Source: Octopus sinensis
Lineage: Eukaryota
Assembly: GCF_006345805.1 (NCBI RefSeq)
Contig: NC_043019.1
Location: 26,473,360-26,537,359 of the forward strand
DNA length: 64,000 nt
Reading direction: 5' to 3'
Part shown: piece by piece, positions 1-14,460 of the stretch
Layout of the letters: each line of letters begins with the position of its first letter
Position numbering within the stretch: position 1 is the first letter of the stretch
Notes under the pieces: generated by a model
Seen by the model: the letters and a program-made list of their open reading frames with translations, nothing else
Told to the model about the DNA's origin: nothing
The model's database searches: none
Position numbers and translations under genes: made by a program

Positions 1-733
1 TCGCTCTTATTTCTAGCAAGTCGAACCAACACGTATTTTTCGCCGGTGATCACTAGCAGTTTGCTTTTTGATTCTCGTGTTTTGTTTTCGATTTTATTTT
101 CCTAAACTTAATGTGTTATAACAGTGTTTTCTCTCTGATGTACGGCCTATAATGCAGAGATTTGCTCCAAAATTATATTTCAAATACCAACCCATGCATG
201 ATTGAACTTACCGTAATTTCTTTGGTCAAACCTTACTTTCCTTATGTTCAATGTTCACTATTTTCTTTCTTCTAATAAAATTCTGAGCTTCAAACAGTTT
301 GGAGAGTCAGAGATGGTCTAAGTTACTATTTACTGCTTGTAAGTAATGAAATAGGAAAAGCCATTCATTGTAACATATTCTGACTCCTGGGAATAAGTCA
401 TTTTTAATTCTGGAATCCAGGGATAAGCAAAATGTCTTGAAACTACAGTACCTACCTATTTGTCATTTAAAACTGATAATCCTCTCTACTGAAATTTTGG
501 GTGAGGGGGCTGGTTGATTACGTCAACCCAAATGCTTGACTGATATTTAATCCGAAAGGAGGAAAGGCAAAGGCAATCTCAGCGGAATTTGAACTCAGAA
601 CGTAAGGGCAACCGAAATGCCGCTAAGCCCGGCGTGCTAACGATTCTGCTAACTCGCCGCTTTATTTGAGAGTGTTAAGACCTAGTTACATCGCTCACCC
701 GCTGGTTAAATCGCACAGAGCGAGGTTTTAGAT

Positions 734-907
734 CAGTGTTCCGCACCCTTTTTTCACTTGTGGTATACTTATATCCTTTTCAGAATTCGGCAGCAGATCT
801 GAAATAAAATTAGAACTAAAAGTATAGGGAAAAAAATTATATGCGGCACATCTAGCATCGTCTCGTGGCACACCAATGTGCCGCGACATACCGGTTGCGG
901 AGCACTG
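734..907. mobile_element. hAT-like MITE
   Basis: TIR CAGTGTTCCGCA / TGCGGAGCACTG, 8-bp flanks TTTTAGAT / GTTTAGAC. Confidence 0.7.
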
Positions 908-1019
908 GTTTAGACTGAGCTATAACGTGGCTGTTGGTTAATTTGTGTTGGTGTTGTCCACTTCTTAACGACTTCAATATTTCAAGTTTATCTTTTTTTC
1001 TAAGAATTTAAGTCTTTGA

Positions 1020-1176
1020 CAGGGACAGACCGAGCCGTCAGTCAATCGGGCACTACCCGAAGGCCCGGAACTCTGAGGGGCCTGCACTCTACAAATTAAC
1101 TCCTAAAACACACATTCAAAAGGGCCCGGGTAAACAGTTATGCCCGAGGGCCCTTAATAGTCTCAGTCCGCCCCTG
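1020..1176. mobile_element. hAT-like MITE
   Basis: imperfect TIR CAGGGACAGACCGAG / CTCAGTCCGCCCCTG, perfect 8-bp TSD GTCTTTGA. Confidence 0.85.
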
Positions 1177-1678
1177 GTCTTTGATGTACATCACACACAC
1201 ACACAAACACTGGTAGCCTAAAGAAGCCCCTGTTTTTACAACCAAATATATGAAGTTTATTGAATAACTAAAAAAGGAACTCTTGGAAGTTATTATCCGG
1301 CAATGTTTCATCTGTAGTATCACAACCACCCTTTTAACTATCGGCTGATTTATCGACGTCCTCGCCAGTTTGTGAGGAAAATTTTGCTTACATTTCGTTC
1401 ATCACCTTTTAAATTTTTGTATGACTGTTGTAATCTTTTACATTGTTCACCTGTTCATCTCTTATTTCCATAGATCCATTTGTGTTGTTTCACCAATTCC
1501 TATCATGTTTAGATTTCATGGAATTTATCCCTTCGTTGATTCTTTGCATGCGGCAGATTTGTGGGTGTATATATATTTGTATGTGTGCGCGCGCATACAT
1601 TCACACACCTACGCGCAGACATACATATATATTCAAAGTGCCTGTATGCTGGTGTGTAGGTGTGTATGTGAGAAAGTG

Positions 1679-2060
1679 GAGGCGCAATGGCCCAGTGGTT
1701 AGGACAGCGGACTCGCGGTCGTAGGATCGCGGTTTAGATTCCCAGACCGGGCGTTGTGAGTGTTTATTGAGCGAAAATACCTAAAGCTACACGAGGCTCC
1801 GGCAGGGATGGTGGTGATCCCTGCTGTACTCTTTCACCACAACTTTCTCTCATTCTTACTTCCTGTTTCTGTTGTACCTGTATTTCAAAGAGCCGACCTT
1901 GTCACTCTCTGTGTCACGCTGAATATCCCCGAGAACTACGATAAGGGTACACGTGTCAGTGGAGTGCTCAGCCACTTACACGTTAATTTCACGAGCAGGC
2001 TGTTCCGTTGATCGGATCAACCGGAACCCTCATCGTCGTAACCGACTGAGTGCTTCCACC
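1679..2060 (+). mobile_element. tRNA-derived SINE, third family; related copies at about 45598-45900 (-) and 51940-52050
   Basis: head GGCGCAATGGCCCAGTGGTTAGG...; tail GTTAATTTCACGAGCAGGCTGTTCCGTTGATCG shared among copies. Confidence 0.7.
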
Positions 2061-2556
2061 ATGTGAGAAAGTAAAAGTGAGACAGACAGACAGAGGTAGG
2101 AGACCGATCTATGCATTTACACACAAACACTTACACGCCCAGACACAGACTTGTAACCATAGATCTATGTCGACCTGTCTTTATACCAATGGCGATATAT
2201 GAAGTTTATTGAATAACTAAAGAAAAAAAAAAACGGGATCCCGGAGGCTAAGACACAGGACCCCGTCTGCCGATCCATCGATTGGCAAAACTAACATTTA
2301 AAAAACTTTTGACTTGGTCCCAAAATAAAAATAATCATAATTTTATGAACATATATTATGCTTTTATCTCTTATCTTTTACTTGTTTTAGTCATTAGACT
2401 GTGGCCATGCTGGGGCACCGCCATGAAGAATTTATAGTCGAATATATCGACCCCAGTACCTTTTTGTTTTAAAGCCTGGTACTTATTCTAGCGATCTCTT
2501 TTGCCGAACCGCTAATTATCTGTGAATATATCGATAGTGAAGTATGTACTGTATAT

Positions 2557-5500
2557 GTTTCTGATTGGAACCCCCAGGTTTCCCGTCCTGAAATTGCCTG
2601 GTTCATACAATTACAGGAACACTGCCAAACATCTTGTAACTGTTATGGTACCAACCAGTATGTTACAGAGGGTGTTTCTGGTTCGAACTCCCAGGTTTTC
2701 CGTCCTGAAATTGCCTGGTTCATACGATTACAGGTACACTGCCAAACATCTTGTAACTGTTATGGTACCAACCAGTATGTTACAGAGGGTGTTTCTGGTT
2801 CAAACCCCCAGGTTTCCCGTCCTGAAATTGCCTGGTTCATACGATTACAGGTACACTGCCAAACATCTTGTAACTGTTATGGTACCAACCAGTATGTTAC
2901 AGAGGGTGTTTCTGGTTCGAACCCCCAGGTTTTCCGTCCTGAAATTGCCTGGTTCATACGATTACAGGAACACTGCCAAACATCTTGTAACTGTTATGGT
3001 ACCAACCAGTATGTTACAGAGGGTGTTTCTGGTTCGAACCCCAGGTTTTCCGTCCTGAAATTGCCTGGTTCATACGATTACAGGAACATGCCAAACATCT
3101 TGTAACTGTTATGGTACCAACCAGTATGTTACAGAGGGTGTTTCTGGTTCAAACCCCCAGGTTTCCCGTCCTGAAATTGCCTGGTTCATACGATTACAGG
3201 AACACTGCCAAACATCTTGTAACTGTTATGGTACCAACCAGTATGTTACAGAGGGTGTTTCTGGTTCGAACCCCCAGGTTTTCCGTCCTGAAATTGCCTG
3301 GTTCATACGATTACAGGAACACTGCCAAACATCTTGTAACTGTTATGGTACCAACCAGTATGTTACAGAGGGTGTTTCTGGTTGGAACCCCCAGGTTTTC
3401 CGTCCTGAAATTGCCTGGTTAGAAGTTCATACGATTACAGGAACACTGCCAAATATCTTGTAACTGTCATGGTACCAACCAGTATGTTACAGAGGGTGTT
3501 TCTGGTTCGAACCCCCAGGTTTCCCGTCCTGAAATTGCCTGGTTCATACAATTACAGGAACACTGCCAAACATCTTGTAACTGTTATGGTACCAACCAGT
3601 ATGTTACAGAGGGTGTTTCTGGTTGGAACCCCCAGGTTTCCCGTCCTGAAATTGCCTGGTTAGAAGTTCATACGATTACAGGAACACTGCCAAATATCTT
3701 GTAACTGTCATGGTACCAACCAGTATGTTACAGAGGGTGTTTCTGGTTGGAACCCCCAGGTTTCCCGTCCTGAAATTGCCTGGTTAGAAGTTCATACGAT
3801 TACAGGAACACTGCCAAATATCTTGTAACTGTCATGGTACCAACAGTATGTTACAGAGGGGTTTCTGGTTCGAACCCCCAGGTTCCCGTCCTGAAATTGC
3901 CTGGTTCATACGATTACAGGTACACTGCCAAACATCTTGTAACTGTTATGGTACCAACCAGTATGTTACAGAGGGTTTTCTGGTTCGAACCCCCAGGTTT
4001 CCCGTCCTGAAATTGCCTGGTTCATACGATTACAGGTACACTGCCAAAAATCTTGTAACTGTTATGGTACCAACCAGTATGTTACAGAGGGGGTTTCTGG
4101 TTCGAACCCCCAGGTTTCCCGTCCTGAAATTGCCTGGTTCATACGATTACAGGTACACTGCCAAACATCTTGTAACTGTTATGGTACCAACCAGTATGTT
4201 ACAGAGGGTGTTTCTGGTTGGAACCCCCAGGTTTCCCGTCCTGAAATTGCCTGGTTCATACGATTACAGGTACACTGCCAAACATCTTGTAACTGTTATG
4301 GTACCACCAGTATGTTACAGAGGGTGTTTCTGGTTCGAACCCCCAGGTTTCCCGTCTGAAATTGCCTGGTTCATACAATTACAGGAACACTGCCAAACAT
4401 CTTGTAACTGTTATGGTACCAACCAGTATGTTACAGAGGGTGTTTCTGGTTGGAACCCCCAGGTTTCCCGTCCTGAAATTGCCTGGTTCATACGATTACA
4501 GGTACACTGCCAAACATCTTGTAACTGTTATGGTACCAACCAGTATGTTACAGAGGGTGTTTCTGGTTGGAACCCCCAGGTTTCCCGTCCTGAAATTGCC
4601 TGGTTCATACAATTACAGGAACACTGCCAAACATCTTGTAACTGTTATGGTACCAACCAGTATGTTACAGAGGGTGTTTCTGGTTCGAACCCCCAGGTTT
4701 CCGTCCTGAAATTGCCTGGTTCATACAATTACAGGACACTGCCAAACATCTTGTAACTGTTATGGTACCAACCAGTATGTTACAGAGGGTGTTCTGGTTC
4801 GACCCCCAGGTTTCCCGTCCTGAAATTGCCTGGTTCATACAATTACAGGAACACTGCCAAACATCTTGTAACTGTTATGGTACCAACCAGTATGTTACAG
4901 AGGGTGTTTCTGGTTCGAACCCCCAGGTTCCCGTCCTGAAATTGCCTGGTTCATACGATTACAGAACACTGCCAAACATCTTGTAACTGTAACTGTTATG
5001 GTACCAACCAGTATGTTACAGAGGGTGTTTCTGGTTCGAACCCCCAGGTTTCCCGTCCTGAAATTGCCTGGTTCATACAATTACAGGAACACTGCCAAAC
5101 ATCTTGTAACTGTTATGGTACCAACCAGTATGTTACAGAGGGTGTTTCTGGTTCAAACCCCCAGGGTTCCCGTCCTGAAATTGCCTGGTTCATAAATTAC
5201 AGTACACTGCAAATATCTTGTAACTGTTATGGTACCAACCAGTATGTTACAGAGGGTGTTTCTGGTTCGAACTCCCAGGTTTTCCGTCCTGAAATTGCCT
5301 GGTTCATACGATTACAGGAACACTGCCAACATCTTGTAACTGTTATGGTACCAACCAGTATGTTACAGAGGGTTTTTCTGGTTCAAACCCCCAGGTTTCC
5401 CGTCCTGAAATTGCCTGGTTCATACGATTACAGGAACACTGCCAAACATCTTGTAACTGTTATGGTACCAACCAGTATGTTACAGAGGGTGTTTCTGGTT

Positions 5501-8500
5501 GGAACCCCCAGGTTTCCGTCCTGAAATTGCCTGGTTAGAAGTTCATACGATGACAGGAACACTGCCAAATATCTTGTAACTGTATGGTACCAACCAGTAT
5601 GTTACAGAGGGTGTTTCTGGTTGGAACCCCCAGGTTTCCCGTCCTGAAATTGCCTGGTTCATACAATTACAGGAACACTGCCAAACATCTTGTAACTGTT
5701 ATGGTACCCACCAGTATGTTACAGAGGGTGTTTCTGGTTGGAACCCCCAGGTCCCGTCCTGAAATGCCTGGTTAGAAGTTCATACGTTACAGGAACACTG
5801 CCAAATATCTTGTAACTGTCATGGTACCAACCAGTATGTTACAGAGGGTGTTTCTGGTTCGAACCCCGGTTTCCCGTCCTGAAATTGCCTGGTTCATACA
5901 ATTACAGGAACACTGCCAAACATCTTGTAACTGTTATGGTACCAACCAGTATGTTACAGAGGGTTTTTCTGGTTGGAACCCCCAGGTTTCCGTCCTGAAA
6001 TTGCCTGGTTAGAATTCATACGATTACAGGAACACTGCCAATATCTTGTAACTGTCATGGTACCAACCAGTATGTTACAGAGGGTGTTTCTGGTTCGAAC
6101 CCCCAGGTTTCCCGTCCTGAAATTGCCTGGTTCATACATTACAGGAACACTGCCAAACATCTTGTAACTGTTATGGTACCAACCAGTATGTTACAGAGGG
6201 TGTTTCTGGTTGGAACCCCCAGGTTTCCCGTCCTGAAATTGCCTGGTTAGAAGTTCATACGATTACAGGAACACTGCCAAATATCTTGTAACTGTCATGG
6301 TACCAACCAGTATGTTACAGAGGGTGTTTCTGGTTGGAACCCCCAGGTTTCCCGTCCTGAAATATCCTGGTTAGAAGTTCATACGATTACAGGAACACTG
6401 CCAAATATCTTGTAACTGTCATGGTACCAACCAGTATGTTACAGAGGGTGTTTCTGGTTCGAACCCCCAGGTTTCCCGTCCTGAAATTGCCTGGTTCATA
6501 CGATTACAGGTACACTGCCAAACATCTTGTAACTGTTATGGTACCAACCAGTATGTTACAGAGGGTGTTTCTGGTTCAAACCCCCAGGGTTCCCGTCCTG
6601 AAATTGCCTGGTTCATACAATTACAGGTACACTGCCAAATATCTTGTAACTGTTATGGTACCAACCAGTATGTTACAGAGGGTGTTTCTGGTTCGAACTC
6701 CCAGGTTTTCCGTCCTGAAATTGCCTGGTTCATACGATTACAGGAACACTGCCAAACATCTTGTAACTGTTATGGTACCAACCAGTATGTTACAGAGGGT
6801 GTTTCTGGTTCAAACCCCCAGGTTTCCCGTCCTGAAATTGCCTGGTTCATACGATTACAGGTACACTGCCAAACATCTTGTAACTGTTATGGTACCAACC
6901 AGTATGTTACAGAGGGTGTTTCTGGTTGGAACCCCCAGGTTTTCCGTCCTGAAATTGCCTGGTTAGAAGTTCATACGATGACAGGAACACTGCCAAATAT
7001 CTTGTAACTGTCATGGTACCAACCAGTATGTTACAGAGGGTGTTTCTGGTTGGAACCCCCAGGTTTCCCGTCCTGAAATTGCCTGGTTCATACAATTACA
7101 GGAACACTGCCAAACATCTTGTAACTGTTATGGTACCCACCAGTATGTTACAGAGGGTGTTTCTGGTTGGAACCCCCAGGTTTCCCGTCCTGAAATTGCC
7201 TGGTTAGAAGTTCATACGATTACAGGAACACTGCCAAATATCTTGTAACTGTCATGGTACCAACCAGTATGTTACAGAGGGTGTTTCTGGTTCGAACCCC
7301 CAGGTTTCCCGTCCTGAAATTGCCTGGTTCATACAATTACAGGAACACTGCCAAACATCTTGTAACTGTTATGGTACCAACCAGTATGTTACAGAGGGTG
7401 TTTCTGGTTGGAACCCCCAGGTTTTCCGTCCTGAATTGCCTGGTTAGAAGTTATACGATTACAGGAACACTGCCCAAAATCTTGTAACTGTCATGGTACC
7501 AACCAGTATGTTACAGAGGGTGTTCTGGTTCGAACCCCCAGGTTCCCGTCCTGAAATTGCCTGGTTCATACAATTACAGGAACACTGCCAAACATCTTGT
7601 AACTGTTATGGTACCACCAGTATGTTACAGAGGGTGTTTCTGGTTGGAACCCCCAGGTTCCCGTCCTGAAATTGCCTGGTTAGAAGTTCATACGATTACA
7701 GGAACACTGCCAAATATCTTGTAACTGTCATGGTACCAACCAGTATGTTACAGAGGGTGTTTCTGGTTGGAACCCCCAGGTTCCCGTCCTGAAATATCCT
7801 GGTTAGAAGTTCATACGATTACAGGAACACTGCCAAATATCTTGTAACTGTCATGGTACCAACCAGTATGTTACAGAGGGTGTTTCTTTCGAACCCCCAG
7901 GTTTCCCGTCCTGAAATTGCCTGGTTCATACGATTACAGGTACACTGCAAACATCTTGTAACTGTTATGGTACCAACCAGTATGTTACAGAGGGTGTTTC
8001 TGGTTCGAACCCCAGGTTTCCCGTCCTGAAATTGCCTGGTTCATACGATTACAGGTACACTGCCAAACATCTTGTAACTGTTATGGTACCAACCAGTATG
8101 TTACAGAGGTGTTTCTGGTTGGAACCCCCAGGTTTCCCGTCCTGAAATTCCTGGTTTACATTACTGGTTCAGACGATTACAGGTACACTGCCAAACATCT
8201 TGTAACTGTTATGGTACCAACCAGTATGTTACAGAGGGTGTTTCTGGTTGGAACCCCCAGGTTTCCCGTCCTGAAATTGCCTGGTTCATACGATTACAGG
8301 TACACTGCCAAACATCTTGTAACTGTTATGGTACCAACCAGTATGTTACAGAGGGTGTTTCTGGTTCGAACCCCCAGGTTTCCCGTCCTGAAATTGCCTG
8401 GTTCATACAATTACAGGAACACTGCCAAACATCTTGTAACTGTTATGGTACCAACCAGTATGTTACAGAGGGTGTTTCTGGTTGGAACCCCCAGGTTTCC

Positions 8501-11500
8501 CGTCCTGAAATTGCCTGGTTCATACGATTACAGGTACACTGCCAAACATCTTGTAACTGTTATGGTACCAACCAGTATGTTACAGAGGGTGTTTCTGGTT
8601 GGAACCCCCAGGTTTCCCGTCCTGAAGTTGCCTGGTTCATACAATTACAGGAACACTGCCAAACATCTTGTAACTGTTATGGTACCAACCAGTATGTTAC
8701 AGAGGGTGTTTCTGGTTCGAACCCCCAGGTTTCCCGTCCTGAAATTGCCTGGTTCATACAATTACAGGTACACTGCCAAACATCTTGTAACTGTTATGGT
8801 ACCAACCAGTATGTTACAGAGGGTGTTTCTGGTTCGAACCCCCAGGTTTCCCGTCCTGAAATTGCCTGGTTCATACAATTACAGGAACACTGCCAAACAT
8901 CTTGTAACTGTTATGGTACCAACCAGTATGTTACAGAGGGTGATTCTGGTTGGAACCCCCAGGTTTCCCGTCCTGAAATTGCCTGGTTAGAAGTTCATAC
9001 GATTACAGAAACACTGCCAAACATCTTGTAACTGTTATGGTACCAACCAGTATGTTACAGAGGGTGTTTCTGGTTCGAACCCCCAGGTTTCCCGTCCTGA
9101 AATTGCCTGGTTCATACAATTACAGGAACACTGCCAAACATCTTGTAACTGTTATGGTACCAACCAGTATGTTACAGAGGGTGTTTCTGGTTCAAACCCC
9201 CAGGGTTCCCGTCCTGAAATTGCCTGGTTCATACAATTACAGGTACACTGCCAAATATCTTGTAACTGTTATGGTACAACCAGTATGTTACAGAGGGTGT
9301 TTCTGGTTCGAACACCCAGGTTTCCCGTCCTGAAATTGCCTGGTTCATACAATTACAGGAACACTGCCAAACATCTGTAACTGTTATGGTACCAACCAGT
9401 ATGTTACAGAGGGTGTTTCTGGTTCGAACCCCCAGGTTTCCCGTCCTGAAATTGCCTGGTTCATACAATACAGGAACACTGCCAAACATCTTGTAACTGT
9501 TATGGTACCAACCAGTATGTTACAGAGGGTGTTTCTGGTTGGAACCCCAGGTTTTCCGTCCTGAAATTGCCTGGTTAGAAGTTCATACGATTACAGGTAC
9601 ACTGCCAAACATCTTGTAACTGTTATGGTACCAACCAGTATGTTACAGAGGGTGTTTCTGGTTGGAACCCCCAGGTTTTCCGTCCTGAAATTGCCTGGTT
9701 AGAAGTTCATACGATTACAGGTACACTGCCAAACATCTTGTAACTGTTATGGTACCAACCAGTATGTTACAGAGGGTGTGTTTCTGGTTGGAACCCCCAG
9801 GTTTTCCGTCCTGAAATTGCCTGGTTAGAAGTTCATACGATTACAGGAACACTGCCAAACATCTTGTAACTGTTATGGTACCAACCAGTATGATACAGAG
9901 GGTGTTTCTGGTTCGAACCCCCAGGTTTCCCGTCCTGAAATTGCCTGGTTCATACGATTACAGGTACACTGCCAAACATCTTGTAACTGTTATGGTACCA
10001 ACCAGTATGTTACAGAGGGTGTTTCTGGTTGGAACCCCCAGGTTTCCCGTCCTGAAATTGCCTGGTTCATACAATTACAGAACACTGGAACACAAACATC
10101 TTGTAACTGTTATGGTACCAACCAGTATGTTACAGAGGGTGTTTCTGGTTCGAACCCCCAGGTTTCCCGTCCTGAAATTGCCTGGTTCATACAATTACAG
10201 GAACACTGCCAAACATCTTGTAACTGTTATGGTACCAACCAGTATGCTACAGAGGGGTTTCTGGTTCGAACCCCCAGGTTTCCCGTCCTGAAATTGCCTG
10301 GTTCATACAATTACAGGAACACTGCCAAACATCTTGTAACTGTTATGGTACCAACCAGTATGTTACAGAGGGTGTTTCTGGTTCGAACCCCAGGTTTCCC
10401 GTCCTGAAATTGCCTGGTTCATACAATTACAGGAACACTGCAAACATCTTGTAACTGTTATGGTACCACCAGTATGTTATAGAGGGTGTTTCTGGTTCGA
10501 ACCCCCAGGTTTCCCGTCCTGAAATTGCCTGGTTCATACAATTACAGGAACACTGCCAAACATCTTGTAACTGTTATGGTACCAACCAGTATGTTACAGA
10601 GGGTGTTTCTGGTTCGAACCCCCAGGTTTCCCGTCCTGAAATTGCCTGGTTCATACAATTACAGGAACACTGCCAAACATCTTGTAACTGTTATGGTACC
10701 AACCAGTATGTTACAGAGGGTGTTTCTGGTTCGAATCCCCAGGTTTCCCGTCCTGAAATTGCCTGGTTCATACAATTACAGGAACACTGCCAAACATCTT
10801 GTAACTGTTATGGTACCAACCAGTATGTTACAGAGGGTGTTTCTGGTTCAAACCCCCAGGTTTCCCGTCCTGAAATTGCCTGGTTCATACAATTACAGGA
10901 ACACTGCCAAACATCTTGTAACTGTTATGGTACCAACCAGTATGTTACAGAGGGTGTTTCTGGTTCGAACCCCCAGGTTTCCCGTCCTGAAATTGCCTGG
11001 TTCATACAATTACAGGAACACTGCCAACATCTTGTAACTGTTATGGTACCAACCAGTATGTTACAGAGGGGTGTTTGGGTTCGAACCCCCAGGTTTCCCG
11101 TCCTGAAATTGCTTGGTTCATACGATTACAGGAACACTGCCAAACATCTTGTAACTGTTATGGTACCAACCAGTATGTTACAGAGGGTGTTTCTGGTTCG
11201 AACCCCCAGGTTCCCGTCCTGAAATTGCCTGGTTCATACGATTACAGGAACACTGCCAAACATCTTGTAACTGTTATGGTACCAACCAGTATGTTTAGAG
11301 GGTGTTTCTGGTTCGAACCCCCATGTTTCCCGTCCTGAAATTGCCTGGTTCATACGATTACAGGAACACTGCCAAACATCTTGTAACTGTTATGGTACCA
11401 ACCAGTATGTTACAGAGGGTGTTTCTGGTTCGAACCCCCAGGTTTCCCGTCCTGAAATTGCCTGGTTCATACGATTACAGGAACACTGCCAAACATCTTG

Positions 11501-14460
11501 TACTGTTATGGTACCAACCAGTATGTTACAGAGGGGTTTCTGGTTCAAACCCCCAGGTTTCCCGTCCTGAAATTGCCTGGTTCATACAATTACAGGAACA
11601 CTGCAAACATCTTATAACTGTTATGGTACCAACCAGTATGTTACAGAGGGTGTTTCTGGTTCGAACCCCCAGGTTTCCCGTCCTGAAATTGCCTGGTTCA
11701 TACGATTACAGGAACACTGCCAAACATCTTGTAACTGTTATGGTACCAACCAGTATGTTACAGAGGGTGTTTCTGGTTCGAACCCCCAGGTTTCCCGTCC
11801 TGAAATTGCCTGGTTCATACGATTACAGGAACACTGCCAAACATCTTGTAACTGTTATGGTACCAACCAGTATGTTACAGAGGGTGTTTCTGGTTCAAAC
11901 CCCCAGGTTTCCCGTCCTGAAATTGCCTGGTTCATACAATTACAGGTACACTGCCAAACATCTTGTAACTGTATGGTACCAACCAGTATGTTACAGAGGG
12001 TGTTTCTGGTTCGAACCCCCAGGTTTCCCGTCCTGAAATTGCCTGGTTCATACAATTACAGGAACACTGCCAACATCTTGTAATGTTATGGTACCAACCA
12101 GTATGTTCAGAGGGTGTTTCTGGTTCGAACCCCCAGGTTTCCCGTCCTGAAATTGCCTGTGGTCATACAATTACAGGAACACTGCCAAACATCTGGTAAC
12201 TGTTATGGTACCACCAGTATGTTACAGAGGGTGTTTCTGGTTCGAACCCCCAGGTTTCCCGTCCTGAAATTGCCTGGTTCATACAATTACAGGAACACTG
12301 CCAAACATCTTGTAACTGTTATGGTACCAACCAGTATGTTACAGAGGGTGTTTCTGGTTCGAACCCCAGGTTCCCGTCTGAAATTGCCTGGTTCATACAA
12401 TTACAGGAACACTGCCAAACATCTTGTAACTGTTATGGTACCAACCAGTATGTTATAGAGGGTGTTTCTGGTTCGAACCCCCAGGTTTCCCGTCCTGAAA
12501 TTGCCTGGTTCATACAATTACAGGAACACTGCCAAACATCTTGTAACTTGTTATGGTACCAACCAGTATGTTACAGAGGGGTGTTTCTGGTTCGAACCCC
12601 CAGGTTTCCCGTCCTGAAATTGCCTGGTTCATACAATTACAGGAACACTGCCAAACATCTTGTAACTGTTATGGTACCAACCAGTATGTTACAGAGGGTG
12701 TTTCTGGTTCGAATCCCCAGGTTTCCCGTCCTGAATTGCCTGGTCATACAATTACAGGAACACTGCCAAACATCTTGTAACTGTTATGGTACCAACCAGT
12801 ATGTTACAGAGGGTGTTTCTGGTTCAAACCCCCAGGTTTCCCGTCCTGAAATTGCCTGGTTCATACAATTACAGGAACACTGCCAAACATCTTGTAACTG
12901 TTATGGTACCAACCAGTATGTTACAGAGGGTGTTTCTGGTTCGAACCCCCAGGTTTCCCGTCCTGAAATTGCCTGGTTCATACGATTACAGGAACACTGC
13001 CAAACATCTTGTAACTGTTATGGTACCAACCAGTATGTTACAGAGGGTGTTTCTGGTTCGAACCCCCAGGTTTCCCGTCCTGAAATTGCCTGGTTCATAC
13101 GATTACAGGAACACTGCCAAACATCTTGTAACTGTTATGGTACCAACCAGTATGTTACAGAGGGTGTTTCTGGTTCAAACCCCCAGGTTTCCCGTCCTGA
13201 AATTGCCTGGTTCATACAATTACAGGAACACTGCCAAACATCTTGTAACTGTTATGGTACCAACCAGTATGTTACAGAGGGTGTTTCTGGTTGGAACCCC
13301 CAGGTTTTCCGTCCTGAAATTGCCTGGTTCATACAATTACAGGAACACTGCCAAATATCTTGTAACTGTTATGGTACCAACCAGTATGTTACAGAGGGTG
13401 TTTCTGGTTCAAACCCCCAGGTTTCCCGTCCTGAAATTGCCTGGTTCATACAATTACAGGAACACTGCCAAATATCTTGTAACTGTTATGGTACCAACCA
13501 GTATGTTACAGAGGGTGTTTCTGGTTGGAACCCCCAGGTTTCCCGTCCTGAAATTGCCTGGTTCATACAATTACAGGAACACTGCCAAACATCTTGTAAC
13601 TGTTATGGTACCAACCAGTATGTTACAGAGGGTGTTTCTGGTTCAAACCCCCAGGTTTTCCGTCCTGAAATTGCCTGGTTCATACGATTACAGGTACACT
13701 GCCAAACATCTTGTAACTGTTATGGTACCAACCAGTATGTTACAGAGGGTGTTTCTGGTTGGAACCCCCAGGTTTTCCGTCCTGAAATTGCCTGGTTAGA
13801 AGTTCATACGATTACAGGAACACTGCCAAACATCTTGTAACTGTTATGGTACCAACCAGTATGTTACAGAGGGTGTTTCTGGTTGGAACCCCCAGGTTTT
13901 CCGTCCTGAAATTGCCTGGTTAGAAGTTCATACGATTACAGGAACACTGCCAAATATCTTGTAACTGTTATGGTACCAACCAGTATGTTACAGAGGGTGT
14001 TTCTGGTTGGAACCCCCAGGTTTCCCGTCCTGAAATTGCCTGGTTCATACAATTACAGGAACACTGCCAAACATCTTGTAACTGTTATGGTACCAACCAG
14101 TATGTTACAGAGGGTGTTTCTGGTTCAAACCTCCAGGTTTTCCGTCCTGAAATTGCCTGGTTCATACGATTACAGGTACACTGCCAAACATCTTGTAACT
14201 GTTATGGTACCAACCAGTATGTTACAGAGGGTGTTTCTGGTTCGAACCCCCAGGTTTCCCGTCCTGAAATTGCCTGGTTCATACAATTACAGGAACACTG
14301 CCAAACATCTTGTAACTGTTATGGTACCAACCAGTATGTTACAGAGGGTGTTTCTGGTTGGAACCCCCAGGTTTCCCGTCCTGAAATTGCCTGGTTCATA
14401 CAATTACAGGAACACTGCCAAACATCTTGTAACTGTTATGGTACCAACCAGTATGTTACA
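2557..14460. repeat. Satellite array, about 100 copies of a 117-bp monomer with a 124-bp variant
   Basis: ATGGTACC recurs at 3111 and 3228 (117 bp). The variant has AGAAGTT inserted after CCTGGTT. The 39-aa periodic ORFs are a by-product of the unit length. Confidence 0.98.

Noticed and set aside
2600-2680. Twister ribozyme resemblance in the satellite (AACACTGCCAA; TAA-CTGT...ACAG-AGGG)
   Set aside because: I could not place the conserved catalytic G after P2 together with both pseudoknots (the GC/GC pairing is missing). An Infernal search would settle it.
2557-14460. CRISPR-like array or tRNA cluster
   Set aside because: Units are contiguous with no unique spacers, the context is eukaryotic and there are no cas genes. 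GGTTCGAACC resembles a B-box but no cloverleaf can be drawn.
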